IMG/VR virus record: IMGVR_UViG_3300027518_000001
Origin: a virus
DNA length: 39,126 bases
Reading direction: 5' to 3' (one strand)
Shown here: positions 8,588 through 17,600 of the stretch, piece by piece
Numbering within the stretch: the stretch's first letter is position 1
Layout of the letters: the number at the start of each line of letters is the position of its first letter
Position numbers and translations under genes: made by a program
Notes under the pieces: generated by a model
Database searches by the model: none
Told to the model about the DNA's origin: nothing
Seen by the model: only the letters and a program-made list of their open reading frames with translations

Positions 8588-8751
8588 TATCCTTTAACCT
8601 TCTTTAAACGTGGATTCTTTTTCTTAGCAGCAGCGCTAGCCTTACGAGTAGATGATGCAAGAATTGCACCTGCTGCTTCCATAGATACATTAGATTTTTT
8701 AGCAATCTTTTTTTGGACTGCTTTAAACCCAGGATTTTTTTTAGTCTTCAT
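8587..8751 (-). CDS. Small Lys-rich basic protein (54 aa, below the track cutoff)
   Basis: Hand translation MKTKKNPGFKAVQKKIAKKSNVSMEAAGAILASSTRKASAAAKKKNPRLKKVKG. Its TAA overlaps the next ATG (TAATG). Confidence 0.55.
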   Translation of the reverse strand: MKTKKNPGFKAVQKKIAKKSNVSMEAAGAILASSTRKASAAAKKKNPRLKKVKG

Positions 8752-8753
8752 AG

Positions 8754-9026
8754 TTATCCTCTTTTGTATTTACCTTTTGAGTCAAACTTGTCTGAACGTG
8801 TACCAGAAGTACCCTTCAAAATTGCTGCTGCAACCTCGGCTAATTGCTTGTCCCAGTTTTTGCTGGAAGCATTAGCATTTGCTTTTGTAGCAGAAGCATT
8901 TGCAGGACCGCGCTGTTGATAATCCTGTGAAGCGCCGATGCTAGTACCTAGTGCTGTAGGAATATCGCGAACCTCACGGGCTACCGTTTTGACTCGCTTA
9001 ATAACTCCTCTAACGGTATTTGCCAT
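8754..9026 (-). CDS. Small basic protein (90 aa)
   Basis: ORF in the same coupled series, with a K/R-rich N-terminus and C-terminus. Confidence 0.6.
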   Translation of the reverse strand: MANTVRGVIKRVKTVAREVRDIPTALGTSIGASQDYQQRGPANASATKANANASSKNWDKQLAEVAAAILKGTSGTRSDKFDSKGKYKRG

Positions 9027-9179
9027 TTACTTCTTCTTGCCCATTTTCTTCATAGCCATTTTCTTTGCTGTCTTTTTGGCTGTGTTCTTCATTGGCATAC
9101 CAGTCTTCTTAGCAGCCTTCTTTGCTGCCATCTTACCTGCTGCTGTATATGGGAACTCTTGATTTCCGACCATTGGCAT
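9027..9179 (-). CDS. Small Lys-rich basic protein (50 aa, below the track cutoff)
   Basis: Hand translation MPMVGNQEFPYTAAGKMAAKKAAKKTGMPMKNTAKKTAKKMAMKKMGKKK (15 of 50 residues are Lys). The ATG overlaps the upstream TAA. Confidence 0.55.
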   Translation of the reverse strand: MPMVGNQEFPYTAAGKMAAKKAAKKTGMPMKNTAKKTAKKMAMKKMGKKK

Positions 9180-9499
9180 TATATTTGTCCTATCTCTTTC
9201 ATTACCGCTACGGTTGATTTGTTTACTTTGTTTGCATCAGGCATTGTGTTCGAGTTGTATGGCTTGCCTAATACTTCGGAAGCCTTTTCGGCTTCACGAA
9301 TCCTTTGCATTGATGTACCGCCAGGTTGTATACCCTGTGCTCTAGCCTCATTGTAAGCATTTAGTTCTTGGTTAAACGCTCTCTGTGGTCTTTGACGACG
9401 AGAGTCAGCATCACCTGTACCTAGTTCAAGGGTCATTACCTTGCACCCAAAACATCCTTCTACATATTCAGGATGTGTCTGTATTTGATGTAGGCTCAT
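9179..9499 (-). CDS. Hypothetical head-module protein (106 aa)
   Basis: ORF with a HPEYVEGCFGCKV motif, coupled to its neighbours. Confidence 0.6.
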   Translation of the reverse strand: MSLHQIQTHPEYVEGCFGCKVMTLELGTGDADSRRQRPQRAFNQELNAYNEARAQGIQPGGTSMQRIREAEKASEVLGKPYNSNTMPDANKVNKSTVAVMKEIGQI

Positions 9500-9768
9500 A
9501 CTTCCGTAAAGTTTGCTTCCGTTATTCCTACGTTGCCAGCAATAAGTGCTGCCTTAGTAGTATCGTCTACTGTGTAGTTATATCCACCACGATAAACAAC
9601 TGGATAGTCTGGTAAATCAGAATCAAGTGGATAACGAATTTGCTGGTACTGTCCATTGGTATCTAATACAATAGATATACCACGGTCCAACTTATAAAAC
9701 TCAAACAGTCTGTGCATGCCAGCAGGGCCTTCTTCAACTGTTGGTGTTTTAAATAACCAGTTAGACAT
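9496..9768 (-). CDS. Hypothetical head-module protein (90 aa)
   Basis: First ORF downstream of the capsid gene, preceded by an AAGGAGGATG SD and start. Confidence 0.6.
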   Translation of the reverse strand: MSNWLFKTPTVEEGPAGMHRLFEFYKLDRGISIVLDTNGQYQQIRYPLDSDLPDYPVVYRGGYNYTVDDTTKAALIAGNVGITEANFTEV

Positions 9769-9831
9769 TCATCCTCCTTTAGTGGACTCACCATAAGGCT
9801 GGGTTGCCCCAACCCTACAGTCAATTAACTA

Positions 9832-11034
9832 CTAGAGAGCAGCGATTGATGAACCAGATGTGATTCGGTATAGAGCCTCATCGCGGTAGACTGCAAAGCC
9901 AAGTACGCCGTACCAACCCATTGGGCGGAAGCGCATCAACTTATCAGTTACGTTACCAATAACTACGTGTGGTTCTTCTGCTACGGCTTCTGCCATTGCC
10001 TGTGAACCACATGCGATTGTGTTGAATACACGTGTTACTGGAGTTACAGTTACAGTTGTTGAAACTGTTACTGCTGCTGTGTTTGCTGTGTCTACAGTAA
10101 ATGTAGTTGTTGAACCTGATGTAGTGATAGCAGTAATCTTTGCACCTGAAGCGATACCTGTTCCTGCAATCTTGTCACCAACTTCAGCACGTGTTGCAAT
10201 AACTGCAGATGAAGCAACGCCGAATGTAAATCCTGCTGATGTTCCTGCTACTGTTACTGCTGTTGTTGTTAGTGTTGACTGGTCTGCACCTGTCTTAGCA
10301 TTGTATAGACGTGATGACTCAACGAAGAACGCGCCTTCGTACTCACCAATTTCTCCAGCCCAAATCTTGCTTGCTTCTGAAGCAGACTGTGACTGTGGGT
10401 AACGCCATCCTAGGTCGCCTGTCTCGGCACGAAGGTCGTGTGAAACTTCTGGGTGAATACCAACCCAGTATGCATTTCCGCGACGGCCCTTAGCCTTGTT
10501 AGCACGCAACTTAGCAACAGCCTTGCGGAGGTCTGCTGAGTCTAGTGTATCTGCTGCATCAATTGTTGCAACTGATGTCGCATTACCTGCGAAGATGTTG
10601 TTTGTACCTGAGCGTAGAGTTGTCATTGCAACTGTGTCGATAGAATCTGCAAGGTTGTACGCAATGATGTTAGCAATTGCTGGGTCTACATCTGCAAGTG
10701 AGAAGAGTTCCAATGCGCGAGTTACTAGAACTGCGTTACCGTACTCATTAAGTGTTACTGTGATAGAGGTAGGAGTTGTCAGTGCTACTGCATCTGGGTC
10801 AACTGTCTCTGTGAGTGTTCCTGTTACTGCATCAAGGTCAACGTACTTCTGTAGAACTACTGTTGAACCTGGGATTGCTTGACGTGCGGGGCGCTTATCT
10901 GCGACAGAACGAATTAGGGGTTCTGAACGGAGAGCGAACTCGAGAAGGCGGTCATATGCCTTCTGAACGAGACCTGCGCCACCTACTGTACCACCGAACG
11001 AACCGCTCGATGTATCTGTAAAGGCGTTTGCCAT
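9832..11034 (-). CDS. Major capsid protein (HK97-fold type; resembles N4 gp56-like capsid proteins from memory)
   Basis: 400 aa immediately after an acidic coiled-coil scaffold gene, with no delta-like N-terminus and a conserved-looking C-terminus (DKLMRFRPMGWYG). Confidence 0.75.
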   Translation of the reverse strand: MANAFTDTSSGSFGGTVGGAGLVQKAYDRLLEFALRSEPLIRSVADKRPARQAIPGSTVVLQKYVDLDAVTGTLTETVDPDAVALTTPTSITVTLNEYGNAVLVTRALELFSLADVDPAIANIIAYNLADSIDTVAMTTLRSGTNNIFAGNATSVATIDAADTLDSADLRKAVAKLRANKAKGRRGNAYWVGIHPEVSHDLRAETGDLGWRYPQSQSASEASKIWAGEIGEYEGAFFVESSRLYNAKTGADQSTLTTTAVTVAGTSAGFTFGVASSAVIATRAEVGDKIAGTGIASGAKITAITTSGSTTTFTVDTANTAAVTVSTTVTVTPVTRVFNTIACGSQAMAEAVAEEPHVVIGNVTDKLMRFRPMGWYGVLGFAVYRDEALYRITSGSSIAAL

Positions 11035-11065
11035 GTTTTTTAGTCTCCTTGACTATGAACGGATA

Positions 11066-11539
11066 TTATTGTTGTGATTGAAGAAAAGCAATAAAATCTT
11101 CAGCGCTCTCAAAATTGCCATTTAGACGAGCGTTCATATCATTTGCTTTATCTGGCGAAATACCCTGCTGCGTCACAACATCTTGCTGGCGTAATGCTGC
11201 AAGATTAGTGTCGTCATTATTTGACTGAGGCTTATACCCAATTAAATCTCCATTGTCAGATAGCCAATTATTAATTGACTCTTCATTAACTTCGGAAATA
11301 TCTTTTAGGATTAGCCGTGCTGCTTTAGTATTTACGCCCTTCTTTTCTAGGACTTCCTTAAGTGTCGCCTCACGCTGCGCCTTGGAGAATATCTCAAGTT
11401 GCTCAGTAAGTTCCTTAATACGTTTTTCATCTGCACGCTTGGCTTTGCGTAACTTTTTAAGTAAGTCACTACCATCCAATGGTGCTTCTGTTTCTGTATC
11501 TAGGTCGTCATCTTCTTCATCCCAGTAGTTGTTGCTCAT
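11066..11539 (-). CDS. Scaffolding protein
   Basis: 157 aa. Very acidic N-terminus (DEEDDDLDTETE), a charged helical middle (KKLRKAKRADEKRIKELTEQLE), and position directly upstream of the capsid gene. Confidence 0.65.
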   Translation of the reverse strand: MSNNYWDEEDDDLDTETEAPLDGSDLLKKLRKAKRADEKRIKELTEQLEIFSKAQREATLKEVLEKKGVNTKAARLILKDISEVNEESINNWLSDNGDLIGYKPQSNNDDTNLAALRQQDVVTQQGISPDKANDMNARLNGNFESAEDFIAFLQSQQ

Positions 11540-11658
11540 AGCAACCCACCCTTCTATTCGTTGTTAGTTCGCAGGCCACAGTTCAGTTCGGGGAAACTGG
11601 CTGGCTCCTACTATCGGTCTATTACTCTGCATGGGGCCGATAGGTCCATGTCAGGAAT

Positions 11659-12969
11659 TTAAAATGTGCTTCGATTTTGTGAAGCCAGGCTCTTACTGCC
11701 TGCTATACCAGAGGAAGCCTTAAAGCGAGAAGCCTCTTCTTCAATTAATTTTTCTTGTTGTGTTAAAGCCTTACCGCTTTTACGCAGTACTACATCTTCA
11801 GCAAAACCTTGTGTATAAGCAGGACCACCTTGAGAAGATATCTCACTAAGGAAAGAACCACGCGGCAAAGCCTGTGCAATATAACGGTATCCAGCCTGTG
11901 CTTGAGTCTTGTCAATACCAAACTCAGCAAGTGATAGCGCTGATGTAAGCGATGTTGTTAAGCCTTGTGCTACAGCAGAACCACCAATTTCAGCAGCAGT
12001 TACTTTTTGCTGTAACTTAGGTAGATTTTCCGTAGGATTCAAAAAGTAAGAAACTAAATCAGTATCGTTAATGTTGTAAAAAGACTTAAGAGTATTACGA
12101 GTAAATGGGTCAGAGTTTTGAACTCTAGTTACTGCTAGGTCAATACGGTCTTTAAACTCAATAGCAGAAATATCTGCAGCAATAAAGTCAGCAAACTTTT
12201 TGTAGTTATCTTGACGATTGCTACTTACCATATTGCCTAAGCCATAGGCTTTAAGTGTTTTAGCATAAGAACTTTCAAGGTTAATATACTCAGCCTCAGA
12301 TAGTACATTCAAGCCCTTCTTAACACGTTCAAAGTTACCAGCAAAACGATTTGCGTAAGCACCACCAGGATTAGTCTTTAGTTTAATTAATGCTTCTGCT
12401 GCGGTAAGCCCTTGAGTCATATAACCAGCAATTTCACCCGCTAAACTTTCAAGCCCATATGATGCAAACAAATCTGTAAGAGCAGCAAAGGCATCGCGAG
12501 TAGCATCACTGATTTCTTTTGGTTTATCTGCAGTTTTGCTGCTTGACGAGGTACCAACAATTCCATCACCATCTGGGTCTACTTGTGATTTTGTTCCAGG
12601 CTTAACAACATAACCAGTTTTAGGGTCTATTGTCCCACCTATAGATTTTGCCACGTCAGCAGCATTTGTTGCTGCATCTAATTGTGCTTGGGTTTTTCCA
12701 GTTGTACCTACTTTGTCCCCAAAGTAAACATCATCTGCTGTTTTAGCATTTGGGTCAGCCATCAAACCAAGTTGGACTTTTTCTGCATTGCTCAATGCTC
12801 GTCCAGATGTCAACTTAGCAAGTCCCACGCGTGGGTCTGCATCTGCAGGTGCTAACTCAATTTGTTTCTTTTCCGCTGCGGCAAGTTCGGTTTTCTTTTT
12901 AGCGAGTAATGCTTGTGCTTGCTTTAAGGCTGCCGCTGCTGCCTTCTTTTCCGCTGCTGTCTGTGCCAT
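11659..12969 (-). CDS. Putative internal virion or ejection protein (436 aa)
   Basis: Ala/Lys-rich coiled-coil N-terminus. Coupled to the 571-aa and 1703-aa genes. Confidence 0.4.
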   Translation of the reverse strand: MAQTAAEKKAAAAALKQAQALLAKKKTELAAAEKKQIELAPADADPRVGLAKLTSGRALSNAEKVQLGLMADPNAKTADDVYFGDKVGTTGKTQAQLDAATNAADVAKSIGGTIDPKTGYVVKPGTKSQVDPDGDGIVGTSSSSKTADKPKEISDATRDAFAALTDLFASYGLESLAGEIAGYMTQGLTAAEALIKLKTNPGGAYANRFAGNFERVKKGLNVLSEAEYINLESSYAKTLKAYGLGNMVSSNRQDNYKKFADFIAADISAIEFKDRIDLAVTRVQNSDPFTRNTLKSFYNINDTDLVSYFLNPTENLPKLQQKVTAAEIGGSAVAQGLTTSLTSALSLAEFGIDKTQAQAGYRYIAQALPRGSFLSEISSQGGPAYTQGFAEDVVLRKSGKALTQQEKLIEEEASRFKASSGIAGSKSLASQNRSTF

Positions 12970-14684
12970 TAGCCCATGAATCCAAACGACTTAAGTATGG
13001 TGTCAGCAAAATTAGCAGCAGTATTGCGTGCTTCTTCTGTTTGCCGCCATAGTGGGTTTGCTTGCATCTGTCTATTAAACTCTGCGGTACTCATTAGTCC
13101 GCCATCTCTAGTAAGTGCCATCTGTACATCTTTGTCATTAAAAGCATCAGTAATTGGAATACCTAGTTTTTTTGACTTAATTAATGCATACTGGTCAGCA
13201 ATGTCTTTAACATTTCCACCATTAGTAATGTGGTCTTTAAGATTGCCATACATAGTTAGTGCATTAAGACGTAAACGTTCTGTTTGTTTTTGTATAGCAT
13301 CTTTTTCTGTACCACCAGCAATAACAAAAGCAAGTGCTTCTCCTGCTGTTAGTGGTTGTCCATACTCTGCTCCAGCCTTTTGCAAGGCTGCTATCTGTAT
13401 AGCAACTTGGCTGCCTTTAGCAGACTTAAGTAATGCTCCTGCGTCTGTACCCTCAAGGGCTTTAATAACAATAGCGTTCTGAGAGTTTTGGCGTTCTGCT
13501 GCAGTAAAGGCTGCGCCTTTACGAGTAGACTTAGTTATCTTTCCAGTTGCATCACGGGTTGTAACAACCTCAACAGCAGACTTTTTTTCACGCTCATTAA
13601 TATCTTTAAAGTATGCTTCTTTTTCTTCTTGTGTTGCTGGTCTACCTATAGCATCAATAAGGTAATCATTAATTTCAGTATAAGCATCGCCTGCTGTAGT
13701 AAGAATTATATCTGTATCTTTAAAAGTTCCAGCCTTACTTTCTGGCAATCCTGTTCCAGCCCCGCCTTTAGCAGAGTTAAACCAAGAAAAAAAAGGAACT
13801 TCTTTAACGCCTTCAATTTGAATTTTAGTTGCAGCATCAAATGTATATTTAGCAATTGCATTATCAAGACCAAACAACCAGTCGTCTTGTTCTAGTTGTT
13901 TTTTTGTAATCCAGGTACGATTAACTAACTCTCTTTTTAAAGCATCTAGTTGTCCAGGCTGTGAATAGTTCTTAAGAAAAGCCTCACGTGCTGAAATAAT
14001 ACTTTTATACTGGTTAATAGTTGTTGAGCCATCAGCGTTTTTTGTATCAACAAAATAGATACGCTCTCCATTAAGAATAACATTACCAGAAGATTCAATT
14101 GCATAACCTTTAAGTCTGTCTTCTGCTACATCTATAACACCGCCATCTTCAAGAGGTGCTGGTGTTTCTACAGTTTTATTTTCAGGTCGAATTATTCCCT
14201 TGGGTGCAGGCGGTAATGGTTTAACCTTCGCACCTGCATTTTTAGCAGCAGTCTGAGCATCATATGCAGCCTGTACCGCTGCTTCATACTGAGCCTGACC
14301 ACGTGAAGGAATAAGTGCTTCTGCTTTTTTAAGGTCAGTAAGTGATTTCTCATATGCATCAAGTGCACCTTGCGCATCCTTTTGTTTTTCACTTGTTCCT
14401 TGAGCGCGGTTAAGTTCTAAACGTGCAGCGTTTTTTGCATCTTGTGCTCGCTTATATGCAAGAGAAGCATCATCATATTGTTTCTTGATAGCATTAAAAT
14501 CTTTTATATTAAAGTTACGTATACTGCCTGGTTTTGCATCATTCTTTTCTTTACTATCTAAAGCAAGTAAATACTTTTGTTCTAAACCACCGCGCCCCGC
14601 AGTACCATTAAGGATGTCATAGGTACGGCGTGCTTCTTCTGAAGCATCAAAGAAGGCTTTTTCTAAACCTTTAATGTCAGCCAT
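12969..14684 (-). CDS. Putative internal virion or ejection protein (571 aa)
   Basis: Long ORF with a coiled-coil N-terminal third. Its start overlaps the stop of the 1703-aa gene. Confidence 0.4.
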   Translation of the reverse strand: MADIKGLEKAFFDASEEARRTYDILNGTAGRGGLEQKYLLALDSKEKNDAKPGSIRNFNIKDFNAIKKQYDDASLAYKRAQDAKNAARLELNRAQGTSEKQKDAQGALDAYEKSLTDLKKAEALIPSRGQAQYEAAVQAAYDAQTAAKNAGAKVKPLPPAPKGIIRPENKTVETPAPLEDGGVIDVAEDRLKGYAIESSGNVILNGERIYFVDTKNADGSTTINQYKSIISAREAFLKNYSQPGQLDALKRELVNRTWITKKQLEQDDWLFGLDNAIAKYTFDAATKIQIEGVKEVPFFSWFNSAKGGAGTGLPESKAGTFKDTDIILTTAGDAYTEINDYLIDAIGRPATQEEKEAYFKDINEREKKSAVEVVTTRDATGKITKSTRKGAAFTAAERQNSQNAIVIKALEGTDAGALLKSAKGSQVAIQIAALQKAGAEYGQPLTAGEALAFVIAGGTEKDAIQKQTERLRLNALTMYGNLKDHITNGGNVKDIADQYALIKSKKLGIPITDAFNDKDVQMALTRDGGLMSTAEFNRQMQANPLWRQTEEARNTAANFADTILKSFGFMG

Positions 14685-17600
14685 TACTTTAACTCCTTAT
14701 ATACATAGTATGATTCGCGTGAATAAAATCCAAGTATTGATTTAAAGATTGCACGGTTGGCTTCTGTTACATATAGGTCGCCTACCATTAATTCGTTTAG
14801 ATTAGCCTCTATTTGTTCTTTTCTTTCTCGCTTAAGTTGTGCAATGTTTTCAACATTCTTTAACTCTGGGTCAGTAGAGAAAGCAATAAATTCTCGTACC
14901 ATCTTAATTGCCATCATTAACTTTTGGCGTGTGGCTGGTCTAACATCAGTATTAGGGTTTGAAATTAATTGCTCAAGACTATCAAGCATTACAGATTCAT
15001 TACCAATTTCATTACCAGAACCAATAAGTTCTGAATTAAGCAATGGGTTGTTAGCCTTTAATGCAGCACGTTGCTGCTCTGCTGCTTTAATAACATTGGC
15101 TCGTAGTTCTGGGTCTGACAGATTGCTAAGAATATCTTTTTGCTGACGAGCAATGTCATAATACTTCTGCTTATCCTCTGCTACCTGTATATCTGTGTAG
15201 TAGTCTTCAAGGCTTTTGCTTTCAATAAGGCCTGCTGCCTTAATCCAGTTATAAGTACCAGCATTAAAGTCACCAATCTGTGGTGCAAAAATGTAGGCAA
15301 CCTCACCATAGGTCTTAATTAAGTCAGCGTTTTTAATGCCCCAGTTTTTTAACTTATCTGTGTTCTTAATAAGAACGCTAGTCTGCTTATCCTCACGGGC
15401 AACTGTGTAGATAAGTTTGCCTGGATTCTTACCAATGTATGTAGCAAGTGCTACCTCGTATGGGTCCGAAATGTCTCCATTATTAACAGCAGTTATGCCA
15501 TTAAGAATATCAAAGAACTCTGAGCGCAAAGTAGTAATACCAGTGTCTTTAATATAGTCAGGGATTCCTACAGACTCCATAGTTGTAGGTGCAACTGGTG
15601 ATAACAAACCTAGGAAGTGGCGCATAAATAATACATTATGTGCTGAGATACGAATGTTCTTTAGGTATTCAGACTTTTCTTCATCTGTAGCATTTGCTGT
15701 AATACCTATTCCGTTGGCTGCATTGTAGGCAATAGCCTGCTGTGCAGCGGTTACTTCTTGTCTAGACTTTTCATCAAATCCCAACATAGCCCAGACACGC
15801 TGTAAAGACGAAGGAACAACAGCACGGAATATATCAACATTGTCACCAATGTTACCTAATGCAAAAGTATCAATGCTTTCACCTAGTTGCTGTGAGTATG
15901 GCTGTATTGCACCACCAACAAATGGAATTTTTCCTGGAACTACACCAAGAATATTCTTTACAGCAATAACTCCTAGCCCTGCAATAGGGCCAGACAAAGT
16001 AGGAAGACCAGCATCTTGTGAAAATGATGGGCTAACCATTCTTAGTTTAAATGTAAACTCATTAAACAATGGCTGGCTATATCCAGTATTACCTGTTAGC
16101 GCACGAAACGCACCATCTGTAGCCTTATAGATAATGTTATCCATAGGCATTACTACATACGGCTCACCTTCGGCATCGTTAAAAATAGCGCCACTTGATT
16201 CAAGTCCTACGTTAACTAAACGCAAACGATACAAGGTACGTGGTGCTACATCCTTTAAACGATAGATACGGCGATAAAAATCCTCAGTTGCTCTATAGTA
16301 ACGACCAACGGTACGAATGCTAAATGAAAAGTTAGAACGTATCTTTGGGTTATCAGCAAACTTTAGAATAGTATCTGCTGCTTCACGCACCGCTAATTCA
16401 GTAAAACGCTTTTCTGCTATAGCCTTATACTTCTCAGTTACTAAATCAATCTGCTTTTGAGTAGCACCAGCAAAAGGACCCATCTCATTTGCTACCTGTT
16501 GACGAACAAACTCTTTTTCAATACCAGCATACTTTCTGCGCAACTGCGCATATGTAACCATAACTGCTGGTTGACGGAATAAACCAGTTACTTGTTGGTC
16601 CATCCAGTCCATCATAGTATTTCCGTAGCGTCTAAATACAGACTCTACATCAAAGTCACCAAAGGCTATTTCAGTATTGATAGGTCCGCTAATACGGAAT
16701 CCTTGGCTAGCATCTTGAAACTCATCTAAAGGAATACGTGCAACCGCTGCGTTCCAAGTAGGAGTGCGACCAGATTCTGCACTCATCTTAACTAGTTGCC
16801 CGTAACTATTCTTAACTACATCTAATAATCCCTGATTAAACTTGTTAGCATCACCATGGAATGTTTCGTACATATCAGTAAACATACGGAATAACTGACC
16901 ACGGGCAATTTGCTCATCATCTAGTCCACGACCACGTGCTTGAACTGTGTAGGCTGTGCGTTCTAAAAATGCACCAACAGATAGATTGTCTTGAATCTGC
17001 CAAGTATTAGTTAACGGTTCAAATTTAAAACCAATTTTTTCCATACCAGCATCAAGTGCTAGTTCCATCATTTCTTTACCAGTGCGTGGGTCTACCTCGC
17101 CTGGCTTTAATGCATTGTATCTAAAAAATATTTCTGCTGGATTAAGCGTAACTTCATCGGTTAGTTTGGCCTTGTTACCAGCCATCATCTTGAACCATTT
17201 TTCAAAGTGCGCTAATGCAACTTCGCGTTCTGTTAGCATAGCCGTATCAATAGTACGGGTTCCTTTACCCATCTTAATACCTAATGCATCAAAAGCCATA
17301 TCAAGCATAGATGGTGTAATAACTGATGCAACAATCTCCTCGCCATAGCGACCAGAGATACCACTGCTAGCAACAAGAGAAGCAGCCATTGAGTTAAGTG
17401 CATCAGGTGAATGTACAAAGGCTTGCATTAAATAACCAGCAGTTTCAGGGTCAACATAACGACCATACATTTGTGAAACAGCAGCAGATATTGCTTGACG
17501 TTTTTCTAAACTTGTTAAAAGAACAACATCAACTTCTAATTCATCTGCTTTGTTTTGTAAAATTGTTTGTCTATCTAAAATTGACAGTGCTTCTTCGTGT

